A DNA stretch of 64,000 nucleotides from Verrucomicrobiia bacterium (GTDB taxonomy: Bacteria > Verrucomicrobiota > Verrucomicrobiia > Limisphaerales > CAIMTB01): positions 37,561 to 101,560 of the forward strand of contig JAHCBA010000009.1 in the NCBI GenBank assembly GCA_019634625.1, given 5' to 3'. Below are positions 53,620 through 61,609 of the stretch, in pieces; the stretch's first letter is position 1; the number at the start of each line of letters is the position of its first letter. Made by a program: the position numbers and the translations under genes. The notes beneath the pieces were generated by a model. The model saw nothing but the letters and a program-made list of their open reading frames with translations, had not been told where the DNA came from and searched no databases.

Positions 53620-53937
53620 TCAGGCATCGGAATCGAAATCGGCGGGCATCCAGTCGATGACCGAGCCTCCGCTGGACGGATAGTAGGGGCTTACCAGGAA
53701 GTTCTGGTCGTCCTCCCACGTGACTCGGAAATCACCGACTCGAAACGTTTTGCCCTCGTGCAGGTCATAGCGTTCCTCGTTCAGATCCGGTATGGGCTCG
53801 AAGGGATAGAGCTGATGCAGCACCTCGGCTCTTTTCTCGTCCGGAATGATGTACTCCTCGACGGTGCCGCCCTGGACCTCCAGGGGTTGTGTCGGGAACG
53901 GCAGTTTCTCGTCGTGTGGGCTCGTGGGCAGAATCAT
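53620..53937 (-). CDS. Small acidic hypothetical protein (105 aa)
   Basis: This is the only sizeable ORF in a visibly lower-G+C spacer. Its composition is non-repetitive and protein-like (MILPTSPHDEKLPFPTQPLEVQGG...). No family was recognised. Confidence 0.45.
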   Translation of the reverse strand: MILPTSPHDEKLPFPTQPLEVQGGTVEEYIIPDEKRAEVLHQLYPFEPIPDLNEERYDLHEGKTFRVGDFRVTWEDDQNFLVSPYYPSSGGSVIDWMPADFDSDA

Positions 53938-54013
53938 GGGGTCTCACCTGGAGTTCCCATGGGTAGGAAAATGCGGTTCGGCACGCAATCCCGAAGCGCA
54001 GCGCCAGGGACTC

Positions 54014-54094
54014 GGGGTCAGATCTGTGAATTTGACAAATCGGACGGGGCGCCGGGCGTGGCGGGGCAAATGTCAAATTCAGAGATGCGACCCC
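54014..54094. repeat. R0 palindromic element (diverged copy)
   Basis: The arms GGGGTCAGATCTGTGAATTTGACAAATCGG (54014-54043) and CAAATGTCAAATTCAGAGATGCGACCCC (54067-54094) flank a 23-nt spacer resembling that of 1885-1907. Confidence 0.85.
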
Positions 54095-57000
54095 TGGGCG
54101 GGGGAGAGGGAGCCGAGGAAGCGGCGGATTTCGAGGAGGCGGGCGCGGGGTTCGCGTTTGGTGAGGCGGGGGAACCGTCCGCCGAACTGGAGGAAGCCGC
54201 CGTTGCGGGTGAGCATCAGGCGGTCCTCGCGGGTTTCGATGACGGTGATGTCGAGGAGGCTGGCAATGAGGCGAAGTTCGGCGACGAGGAGGAGGAGTTC
54301 GACCGGCGGGGGCGGGGGTCCGAAGCGGTCGCGGAGATCGTCCTTGAGACGGCGCAGGTCTATCGGGCTGGTGATCTGGGCGAGGCGCCGGTGGATTTCG
54401 AGGCGCTGGGAGGGTTCGGGGAGGTACCGTCCTGGCAGCCCGGCGACGGCAACACGATCGGGGGATGGGGTGGATGGGGTGGAGGACGGGGCGGGGACGG
54501 CTTCCTCGGCAGGATTGAGGGCGAGGAAGTCGAGCCGGACCTGGACTTCGACGCGCGGGGGGATTTTTTCGCCTTTGAGGGCGGCGACGCTCTGTTTGAG
54601 GAGCTGGCAGTAGAGGTCGAAACCGACGGCGGTGATGTGGCCGCTCTGCTGGGGGCCGAGGAGGTTTCCGGCGCCGCGGATTTCGAGGTCGCGCATGGCG
54701 ATCTTGAAGCCGCTGCCGAGGCTTGAGTACTGGCGGATGGCGGCGATGCGTTTGCGGGCTTCGTCGAGGAGGTGGGCGTGGCGGGGGATGAGGAGATAGG
54801 CGTAGGCCTGGTGCTTGTAACGGCCGACGCGGCCGCGGAGCTGGTAGAGTTCGCTGAGGCCGAAGCGGTCGGCGCGATCGATGATGATGGTGTTGGCGTT
54901 GGGGATATCGAGGCCGCTTTCGACGATGGTGGTGGAGAGGAGGACATCGGCCTCGCCCTCCACGAAGCGGGTCATGATTTCCTCGAGTTCGTCGGGGTCC
55001 ATCTGGCCGTGGCCGACGACGATGCGGGCTTCGGGGACGAGGGCGCGGAGTTTGAGGGCGAGGGCATCGATGGTCTGGACGCGGTTATGGAGGAAGAAGA
55101 CCTGGCCTTCGCGGTGGAGTTCGCGGCGGATGGCGTCGCGGATGAGGCGTTCGTCGTAGGCGGCGACGAGGGTTTCGACGGGGAGACGATCCTGGGGGGG
55201 GGTCTCGATGGTGCTCATGTCGCGGGCACCGGACAGCGCGAGATAGAGGGTGCGTGGGATGGGGGTGGCACTGAGGGCGAGGACATCGACGGTCCGGCGG
55301 AGGCGTTTGAGGCGTTCCTTGTGCTGGACGCCGAAGCGTTGTTCCTCGTCGATGACGACCAGGCCGAGGTCCTTGAAGGACACGTCGGGCTGGAGGAGGC
55401 GATGGGTGCCGATGACCAGGTCCACGGAGCCGGCGGCGAGGGCTTCGAGGGTTTCGCGCTGCTGGCGGCGGGTGCGGAACCGGGAGAGGACTTCGACGCG
55501 AACCGGGTAGTCGCTCATGCGTTCCCGGAAGGTGCGAAAGTGCTGTTGGGCGAGGACGGTGGTGGGGACGAGGATGGCGACCTGTTTGCCGCCCATGACG
55601 GTCTTGAAGGCGGCACGAATGGCGACTTCGGTCTTGCCGAAGCCGACATCCCCGCAGATGAGGCGGTCCATGGGGCGGGGCTGTTCCATGTCACGCTTGG
55701 TGGCCTCGATGGCGCGTTGCTGGTCCACGGTTTCCTCGAACAGGAAGGACGCCTCGAATTCGCGCTGCCAGGTGGTGTCCGGGGGAAAGGGGTGGCCCGG
55801 CTGGGATTCGCGGGCGGCCTGAATCTCGAGAAGATCGGCCGCCAGATCGGCGACGGCGTGCTCGGCGTCCTTCTTTGCCTTGGCCCAGCGGGTGCCTCCC
55901 AGAGTGTGGAGGGGAGGCTGGGCCTTGCCGGCACCGACGTACTTGCTGACCAGATGCGCCTCCGAGACGGGAACGTAGAGGCGCGGCGGCGGGGCGTCGG
56001 GTTGGGAGGGGGCGTATTCGATGACGAGGCATTCCTGGCCGGGCCGACCGGGAGCGCCGCGATGGCCGGGGGTGGCCGGGGCGGTCTGAAGTCCGCAGAA
56101 GCGGCCGATACCGTGTTCGATGTGGACGACGTAATCGCCGTCTTCGAACTCGGTGAAGTCGATGTCGAGAAGCGAGCGGGAGGTTTGGGCGTGGGCTGAC
56201 TTGAGGCGGCGCGGGCGTTGGATTTTGTAGCGGCCGAAGATTTCGGCGTCTGTGACGACCACGAAGCCTTCGGCCTCGCAGAGGAAGCCGCGGGACAGGG
56301 CGCCCATGTGGAGGTGCGGGGCGGCGGGGACGGACGGGGCTGGGGGCGGATCGGTGGCGGGGGAATGGGGCGGGGCGTAGTCCGACCAGATTTCGGCGAA
56401 GCGTTGGCGTTCGCCGTCATTGTTGCAGAGGACATGCACCGCCAGGCCGCGCCGGAGCCAGCGGTGAAGCTGTTCGAAGAATTCGCGACGCTGGGCTTCG
56501 GCGACGGCGGGTTCGGGGGGGCGCGAGCCGAGCGGCCGGAAGATCTCGAGGCTGGGCCAGTGCAGGGAAGGGGTGTTACAGGGTGCTGCATCGCCCGGGA
56601 CGGGTTCCTCGTCGGTCAGTTCGAGACGAAGATCGCCGCGGCCGGCGGACTGGGCGAGTAGTTCGGTCCAGGGGGTGAGAAAGGGATCGCCCCCGGCGGG
56701 AATCAGGGCGGCGTAGGTTTGCGCCCGCTCCGCGAGGCGGGCTGGTTCGGAGAGGATGAAAAGCGCCTGTGGAGGAAGGTGATCCAACAGGGTGCCAAGG
56801 GGCGGGGTGGGCGGCTGGGCTTTGTGGGGCGGTTCCGCAGGAGGGGCCTTTTGCAGGGTTTGGCGGAGGAGGCCGAGTTCTCCGGCTGGGGTAAGGGTGA
56901 TCGTGTCGATGCGTTCGTTGGAGAGCTGGGTTTGGGGATCGAACTGACGCAGGGATTCGAGTTCGTCGCCGAAGAACTCGAGGCGGACCGGCCACGGGGC

Positions 57001-57612
57001 GGCGGGAGGCCAGACGTCCACGATGCCGCCGCGAAGGGCGAGGGTTCCCTTTTGGGAGACCTGGGCTTCCGGCTCGTAACCCTGGTCCTCTAGCCATTCC
57101 ACGAGGTCGAGAGGATCCCAAATGTCTCCCGGGCGGAGTCGGCGCAACCGGCATTGGAGGGCCGTGGGGGAGAAGGTGCGTTGAAGGAGGGCGGTGACCG
57201 TGGTGACGACGACGGGAGCGGGGGTGTCGGGGGCGGACGTGTGAAGGGTGATCAGGGTCTCGATGCGGTCGGAGACCACATCGACGTGGGGGAGTTTCGG
57301 TTCGTGGGGCAGGACTTCCCAGTCGGGATGGAACAACAGCGGGCCGGTCTCCGTGCCTGGGGGCAACCAGGTTTGCAGGTCCTGGAATGCGGCTTCCTGG
57401 GCCTTGAGTCCATCGAGGACGAGGACGATGGGGAGACGGGGTTGAGCGCGGTGGAGGACGGCGGTCAGGAAGATCTGCGCCGGCGCGGCAATGCCAGGAA
57501 CAGGGCAGGGGGAGGATGCGTTGCATCGTCCCATGAGGGACTGAATCGCGGGGGAGCGCGCGAGCGAGACGGCCAGGGAGGCAGCGCTGGGATCGGTGGT
57601 TGAAGCGCCCAA
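54079..57612 (-). CDS. mfd: Transcription-repair coupling factor
   Basis: It has the superfamily-2 helicase motifs 'GDVGFGKTEVA', 'VIDEEQRFGV' and 'LSATPIPRT', plus CarD-like and TRCF domains. The start is uncertain (TTG at 57612 or ATG at 57534). The stop lies inside repeat R0. Confidence 0.95.
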   Translation of the reverse strand: MGASTTDPSAASLAVSLARSPAIQSLMGRCNASSPCPVPGIAAPAQIFLTAVLHRAQPRLPIVLVLDGLKAQEAAFQDLQTWLPPGTETGPLLFHPDWEVLPHEPKLPHVDVVSDRIETLITLHTSAPDTPAPVVVTTVTALLQRTFSPTALQCRLRRLRPGDIWDPLDLVEWLEDQGYEPEAQVSQKGTLALRGGIVDVWPPAAPWPVRLEFFGDELESLRQFDPQTQLSNERIDTITLTPAGELGLLRQTLQKAPPAEPPHKAQPPTPPLGTLLDHLPPQALFILSEPARLAERAQTYAALIPAGGDPFLTPWTELLAQSAGRGDLRLELTDEEPVPGDAAPCNTPSLHWPSLEIFRPLGSRPPEPAVAEAQRREFFEQLHRWLRRGLAVHVLCNNDGERQRFAEIWSDYAPPHSPATDPPPAPSVPAAPHLHMGALSRGFLCEAEGFVVVTDAEIFGRYKIQRPRRLKSAHAQTSRSLLDIDFTEFEDGDYVVHIEHGIGRFCGLQTAPATPGHRGAPGRPGQECLVIEYAPSQPDAPPPRLYVPVSEAHLVSKYVGAGKAQPPLHTLGGTRWAKAKKDAEHAVADLAADLLEIQAARESQPGHPFPPDTTWQREFEASFLFEETVDQQRAIEATKRDMEQPRPMDRLICGDVGFGKTEVAIRAAFKTVMGGKQVAILVPTTVLAQQHFRTFRERMSDYPVRVEVLSRFRTRRQQRETLEALAAGSVDLVIGTHRLLQPDVSFKDLGLVVIDEEQRFGVQHKERLKRLRRTVDVLALSATPIPRTLYLALSGARDMSTIETPPQDRLPVETLVAAYDERLIRDAIRRELHREGQVFFLHNRVQTIDALALKLRALVPEARIVVGHGQMDPDELEEIMTRFVEGEADVLLSTTIVESGLDIPNANTIIIDRADRFGLSELYQLRGRVGRYKHQAYAYLLIPRHAHLLDEARKRIAAIRQYSSLGSGFKIAMRDLEIRGAGNLLGPQQSGHITAVGFDLYCQLLKQSVAALKGEKIPPRVEVQVRLDFLALNPAEEAVPAPSSTPSTPSPDRVAVAGLPGRYLPEPSQRLEIHRRLAQITSPIDLRRLKDDLRDRFGPPPPPVELLLLVAELRLIASLLDITVIETREDRLMLTRNGGFLQFGGRFPRLTKREPRARLLEIRRFLGSLSPAQGSHL

Positions 57613-57707
57613 GTCGGGGAGAGGGTAGCGAAGGGGCAGTCAGGGGGGAAGAGGGGGGCGCGCCAGCGGGAGTGGATTGGGGTCAGGCGGAAAGTCAGTA
57701 GGGGAAG

Positions 57708-58508
57708 TCAGTAGTAGTAGGCGGTGTTGTTGCCCGGACCGCCGACGACGCGCTTCTTGACCTGCGACTTCGGGCGCACAATGACGCTTCCGTCGGCCTG
57801 ACCGACCGGTTGGTCGGGGGTGAGAGAGAACTCAAGGAAGTGGCGGCTGACGGAGCCGGCGTCGAAGCGTCCGAGGTGGCCGACATCCCAGAGTTTGGTG
57901 CCCGGAGTGTCACTGATGCGGTGGGTGATGAAGGCGCGTCGCGAGTCGCATTCGTTGGTGTTCTTTGGCCATTCGGGCTCGATGTCGTCGGCCGCGGGGT
58001 CGCGGCTCCCGCTCAGGGACTGGAAGCGCATGCCCGGGAAGTTGGCGAGCCACATGTAGGGCGTATAGACGTTGGCGGCGGTGGTGTCCCAGCCGCCGTA
58101 GTCGCGGGTGGAACGGTCGGCGAAGTTGGCGGGACTGGCATAGTTGAGCCAGAGGCGGCCGAAAGACTTGGCGGTGATGGGACAGATGAGGATCCAGGTG
58201 TTGTTGACGTAGGTGCCGCGAAGACTGTCCACGATGCTGTCGCGCCGCCCGTTGAGCCGGTGGTAATCCGGGCTGCCGTCGTCGTGCTGCTGGAATCTGC
58301 CGGCATGGTCGTCGGCGTAGAGGATTTGGGAAAGGTATTGCTGGCGGATGTTGTTGAGGCAGAGCGTGCGGCTGCCTTGGTATTTGGCGCGCGCCAGGGC
58401 CGGCAGGAGCATGCTGGCCAGGATGGCGATGATGGCGATCACCACGAGCAGTTCAATGAGAGTGAAGCCTCGCGGAGACAGGTGGGGGTGGGGACGGTCG
58501 GACCTCAT
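57708..58508 (-). CDS. Prepilin-type N-terminal cleavage/methylation domain protein (DUF1559, H-X9-DG family)
   Basis: It has the '[30 protein letters not shown]' class III signal. The family is highly expanded in Planctomycetota and Verrucomicrobiota. Confidence 0.9.
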   Translation of the reverse strand: MRSDRPHPHLSPRGFTLIELLVVIAIIAILASMLLPALARAKYQGSRTLCLNNIRQQYLSQILYADDHAGRFQQHDDGSPDYHRLNGRRDSIVDSLRGTYVNNTWILICPITAKSFGRLWLNYASPANFADRSTRDYGGWDTTAANVYTPYMWLANFPGMRFQSLSGSRDPAADDIEPEWPKNTNECDSRRAFITHRISDTPGTKLWDVGHLGRFDAGSVSRHFLEFSLTPDQPVGQADGSVIVRPKSQVKKRVVGGPGNNTAYYY

Positions 58509-58857
58509 GGGAGGGATTGATCGATGCGATGACTGGGATTGGAGGCCTGCCTGGGGATGGGTCCCTTCCGGTTTGCCTGGCGGACATTCATCGGGGCATT
58601 GGGATCCTGGGTTTCTACCGGGGTGTCCCAGGGAAAGCCAATCTCATTTGGGGGATTCGGGGGAATTCATGGCCCTGTGGAAGGGTTGGGTGGCCGTGGG
58701 AGGTTGGTTGTGAAGAAGGCCTGGCAACCGCGGGAGTCTGGCATTGAGCTAACGGCCATAGTCCACGTTTTGGGCAGGTGCAAAGTGTCCGCTTGTTGTG
58801 CAATTCTTACTTCGATATCCGGCAGCCACGACAGACATATCCTTCCAGGGAGGAGTG

Positions 58858-59838
58858 TCATCCCACCGCATCGACATGGAGATCGCGCAACACGGTGAGT
58901 CCCGGGATTGGGGCGCCTCGAATGATCCGAGCGCCACTCTTGCGCCGCTTGCCGAACTTGTCCCGGTGCCGTTCCCACATCTGGTCCACGAATTCCTTCG
59001 ATCCCAGGAACACCCCGTCGGTCATGTGCCGGATCCGCAACCGCAGGATCTGGCCCAGCGGCAGTTGTCCGCCCCGCGCCAGTTCCGCCCGGATCGCCTC
59101 CGGATCCAGCACCCGCTTGTCGCTCCGCCCTGACGTCCCGCCAATCATGTAAAGCGCCAGGCGATATTCCGCTGACGCAGCGCTCCAGTCCTGGGTCTCC
59201 AGAAAGCCCATGATTCCGCGGCGGATGACCTTGTCGCCGGTGAGGGCGGCGGCGTAGCCGCAGAAGCGGTAGTCCTTGGGATCGTTGACCAGGCCCGCGC
59301 GGACGGGGTTGAGGTCGATGTAGGCGGCGATGGCGCGCAGGGTGCTGGGGCAGTCTTCCACCAGGACGCTGCGGAAGCGTTCGCCCCAGAGGTAACCGGT
59401 GCGGTCGTGACGGCGGTTATACCAGCGGGAGAAACGTTGTTTGAACTCCTGGAGGAAGATGGAGAGGTCGGCGATGCGGGAGAGGACGGCCTGGCGGATG
59501 TCGTCGGGGATGGGTTGGCCCTTGTTGACTGCGGCGCGGGCGAGGGTGGGGAGTGTGGCCTTTGGGCCGTAGAAGTCCTCGAGTTTGGCGAGGATGACGT
59601 CGTCCGGGATGGAGTCGGGGAGGGGTTTGGGAGGGACGCGGATGAGGAGATGGAAGTGGTTGGACATCATGCAGAAGGTGATGATGTCGATGTCGCAGAA
59701 TCGGGCGAGGTGGTGGAGGATGTTGAGGAGTTTGTGCTTGGCGGAGTCGTCGAGGAGAGGAAGGCGACCGGCGACGCGGGACATGCAGTGATAGACCGCC
59801 GGGAGGGAGGGATCGGCTTTGATGCGAGGGGTTCTCAT
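58858..59838 (-). CDS. Y1 HUH transposase (IS200/RAYT-like) with long C-terminal extension
   Basis: It has 'YHCMSRV', the HUH motif 'SNHFHLLIRV' and the Tyr region 'TGYLWGERFRSVLVE'. It is flanked by visibly lower-G+C DNA. Confidence 0.8.
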   Translation of the reverse strand: MRTPRIKADPSLPAVYHCMSRVAGRLPLLDDSAKHKLLNILHHLARFCDIDIITFCMMSNHFHLLIRVPPKPLPDSIPDDVILAKLEDFYGPKATLPTLARAAVNKGQPIPDDIRQAVLSRIADLSIFLQEFKQRFSRWYNRRHDRTGYLWGERFRSVLVEDCPSTLRAIAAYIDLNPVRAGLVNDPKDYRFCGYAAALTGDKVIRRGIMGFLETQDWSAASAEYRLALYMIGGTSGRSDKRVLDPEAIRAELARGGQLPLGQILRLRIRHMTDGVFLGSKEFVDQMWERHRDKFGKRRKSGARIIRGAPIPGLTVLRDLHVDAVG

Positions 59839-60076
59839 GGGTGGATGGGAATTGATGTAGGTGCTGGAGCGTAGAGCATCCGGTCAGGGCGTCAATCATA
59901 AAAGGACTGGCTTATAATCTAAGTGTGCGTCATCATAAAACGCCTGTCCTATTATTTGAAAGCCTTATTGGAGCGGAATCAAATGCACCGAGCGGGTGAG
60001 GGTCAGGGGGCGGGCGACTCGGTTCATGCGGGTTTCGATGACAAAGACCGTGGCGCCATTGGTTCTGGAGGTTACG

Positions 60077-61609
60077 TCAGGGATCCCGATTGACGCGGTG
60101 CTCAATTTCGGCGGCGACGTCGCGGGCTTTGTCGCGGAGGGGTTGGGGGAGGGGGCCGGCGAGGAGGGCGGCAAGGACGCGGCGGGCTTCATGGAACTGG
60201 CCCTGGGCGGCCAGGAGGGAGGCCCAGGTGAGGGCGGCGGGGCGGTACTGGGGATCGCAACGAAGGGCTTCCCGGACGTGGACGGCGGCGAGGGCAGGGG
60301 CACCGGGATGGGCGGCGAGGACGTACACGCCGAGGAGATGATGGGCGGGGGCGAGGAGGGGATCGAGTTCGAGGGCGCGTTCGCAGAGGCGCCGGCCTTC
60401 GGCGAGGAGGTTGGCGCGGGTGGCGGCAGGGAGCGGTTCGAGGGCGGTGCGCTGATAGGCGACTTCGGCGGCGAGGTAGTGGATGAAGGCGTCCCGGGAG
60501 TTCCGTTGCAGGGCTTCGTCAGCCCAGGTTCGGATGCCGTCACGGTCGCGTTCGGTCCAGGCGAGGAGGGCAAGGGCCTCGCGGGGACGTGGGCTGTCGG
60601 GGGCGGCCTGGGCGGCGCGTTCGAGGCGGAGGCGGGCGTCCTGGGGCCGGTTGACGGATTGCAGGAGGCGTCCGAGGGCGTGGTCGAGTTCGCCAGGTTC
60701 GAGGCGTTGACGTCGGGGCCGGCTGGATTCGAGGTCGGGCCAGGTCTGGCGGACGACGGTGTAGCGTCCGCCGCGGAGATACTCGGCGAGTTGGGGTTGA
60801 AGCTGGTCCGGCGTCTGGCCAAAGGCGACGCGGAAGGCGTCGAGATGGTTGGTGGTTTGGGCGCAGAGGATGGCGTAGCGGGAGAGGACGTTGCTGCGGA
60901 AGCCTTCGCGGGCGAAGAGGAGGTAGTGGGTGAGGAGCCAGGACGTGGCATAGAAACGGCCGGCGCGAAGTTCCTCGTTGTAGTCGCGGGAGTCGCGGGT
61001 GGTGTTGAGGATGGAGAGGAGCGGGCCGGGGGGATTGCGCTGGAGGTAGTGGACGTGGTTGGTGAGGGCGATGCCGATGTCGAAGCGGTCGCCGTCGCTT
61101 TGGAAGGTGGAGAAGACTTCGGCGAGGCCTTCGTGGGCCCAGACGGGGGCATGCCGGAATTCGCGGGCGGTGAGGAGGTGGGTGTATTCGTGGAACATCA
61201 CCCGCATGGTGATGGTGCCGCGGGCCTGGCGGCTGAGGGCGAGGGTGTAGTCGAGGGGATCCTCGGCGTGGAAGCCGCTCACCGGGCGGGGTTGGCCGCC
61301 GTAGAGGGGCTTGAAGGGACGGAAGGTGGCGTCGTCGCGGAAGAAGTACACGCGGGCGGGGCGGCGCTGGACGTTGGTGAGTCCGACGAAGTGGGAGACC
61401 ACGTGACGGAACGTTTCGAGTTCGCGGAGGAGCCGGCGGCCTTCGGATTCCCGGGCGTTGCTGAACATCTCGAAGTTCGGGCTCAGCAGCTTGAACCAGC
61501 CGGAGCCGGTGTCGGCGGCGGACACGGGGGGCGCGAGCGCGAGGAGGGCCAGCGCGAGGAGGGTGCCGTCGCGGGCGGGGCGGGGACGGAGGGGCAGGAC
61601 GGGATTCAA
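60077..61609 (-). CDS. Secreted HExxH metalloprotease-like protein (DUF1570-like) with C-terminal TPR repeats
   Basis: It has the signal peptide 'LLALALLALAPPVSAA', 'MFHEYTHLL' and TPR-like 'ALELDPLLAPAHHLLG...ALRCDPQYRPAAL'. The start was inferred as TTG at 61609, forming a TTGA overlap with the upstream stop, and is uncertain. Confidence 0.62.
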   Translation of the reverse strand: MNPVLPLRPRPARDGTLLALALLALAPPVSAADTGSGWFKLLSPNFEMFSNARESEGRRLLRELETFRHVVSHFVGLTNVQRRPARVYFFRDDATFRPFKPLYGGQPRPVSGFHAEDPLDYTLALSRQARGTITMRVMFHEYTHLLTAREFRHAPVWAHEGLAEVFSTFQSDGDRFDIGIALTNHVHYLQRNPPGPLLSILNTTRDSRDYNEELRAGRFYATSWLLTHYLLFAREGFRSNVLSRYAILCAQTTNHLDAFRVAFGQTPDQLQPQLAEYLRGGRYTVVRQTWPDLESSRPRRQRLEPGELDHALGRLLQSVNRPQDARLRLERAAQAAPDSPRPREALALLAWTERDRDGIRTWADEALQRNSRDAFIHYLAAEVAYQRTALEPLPAATRANLLAEGRRLCERALELDPLLAPAHHLLGVYVLAAHPGAPALAAVHVREALRCDPQYRPAALTWASLLAAQGQFHEARRVLAALLAGPLPQPLRDKARDVAAEIEHRVNRDP

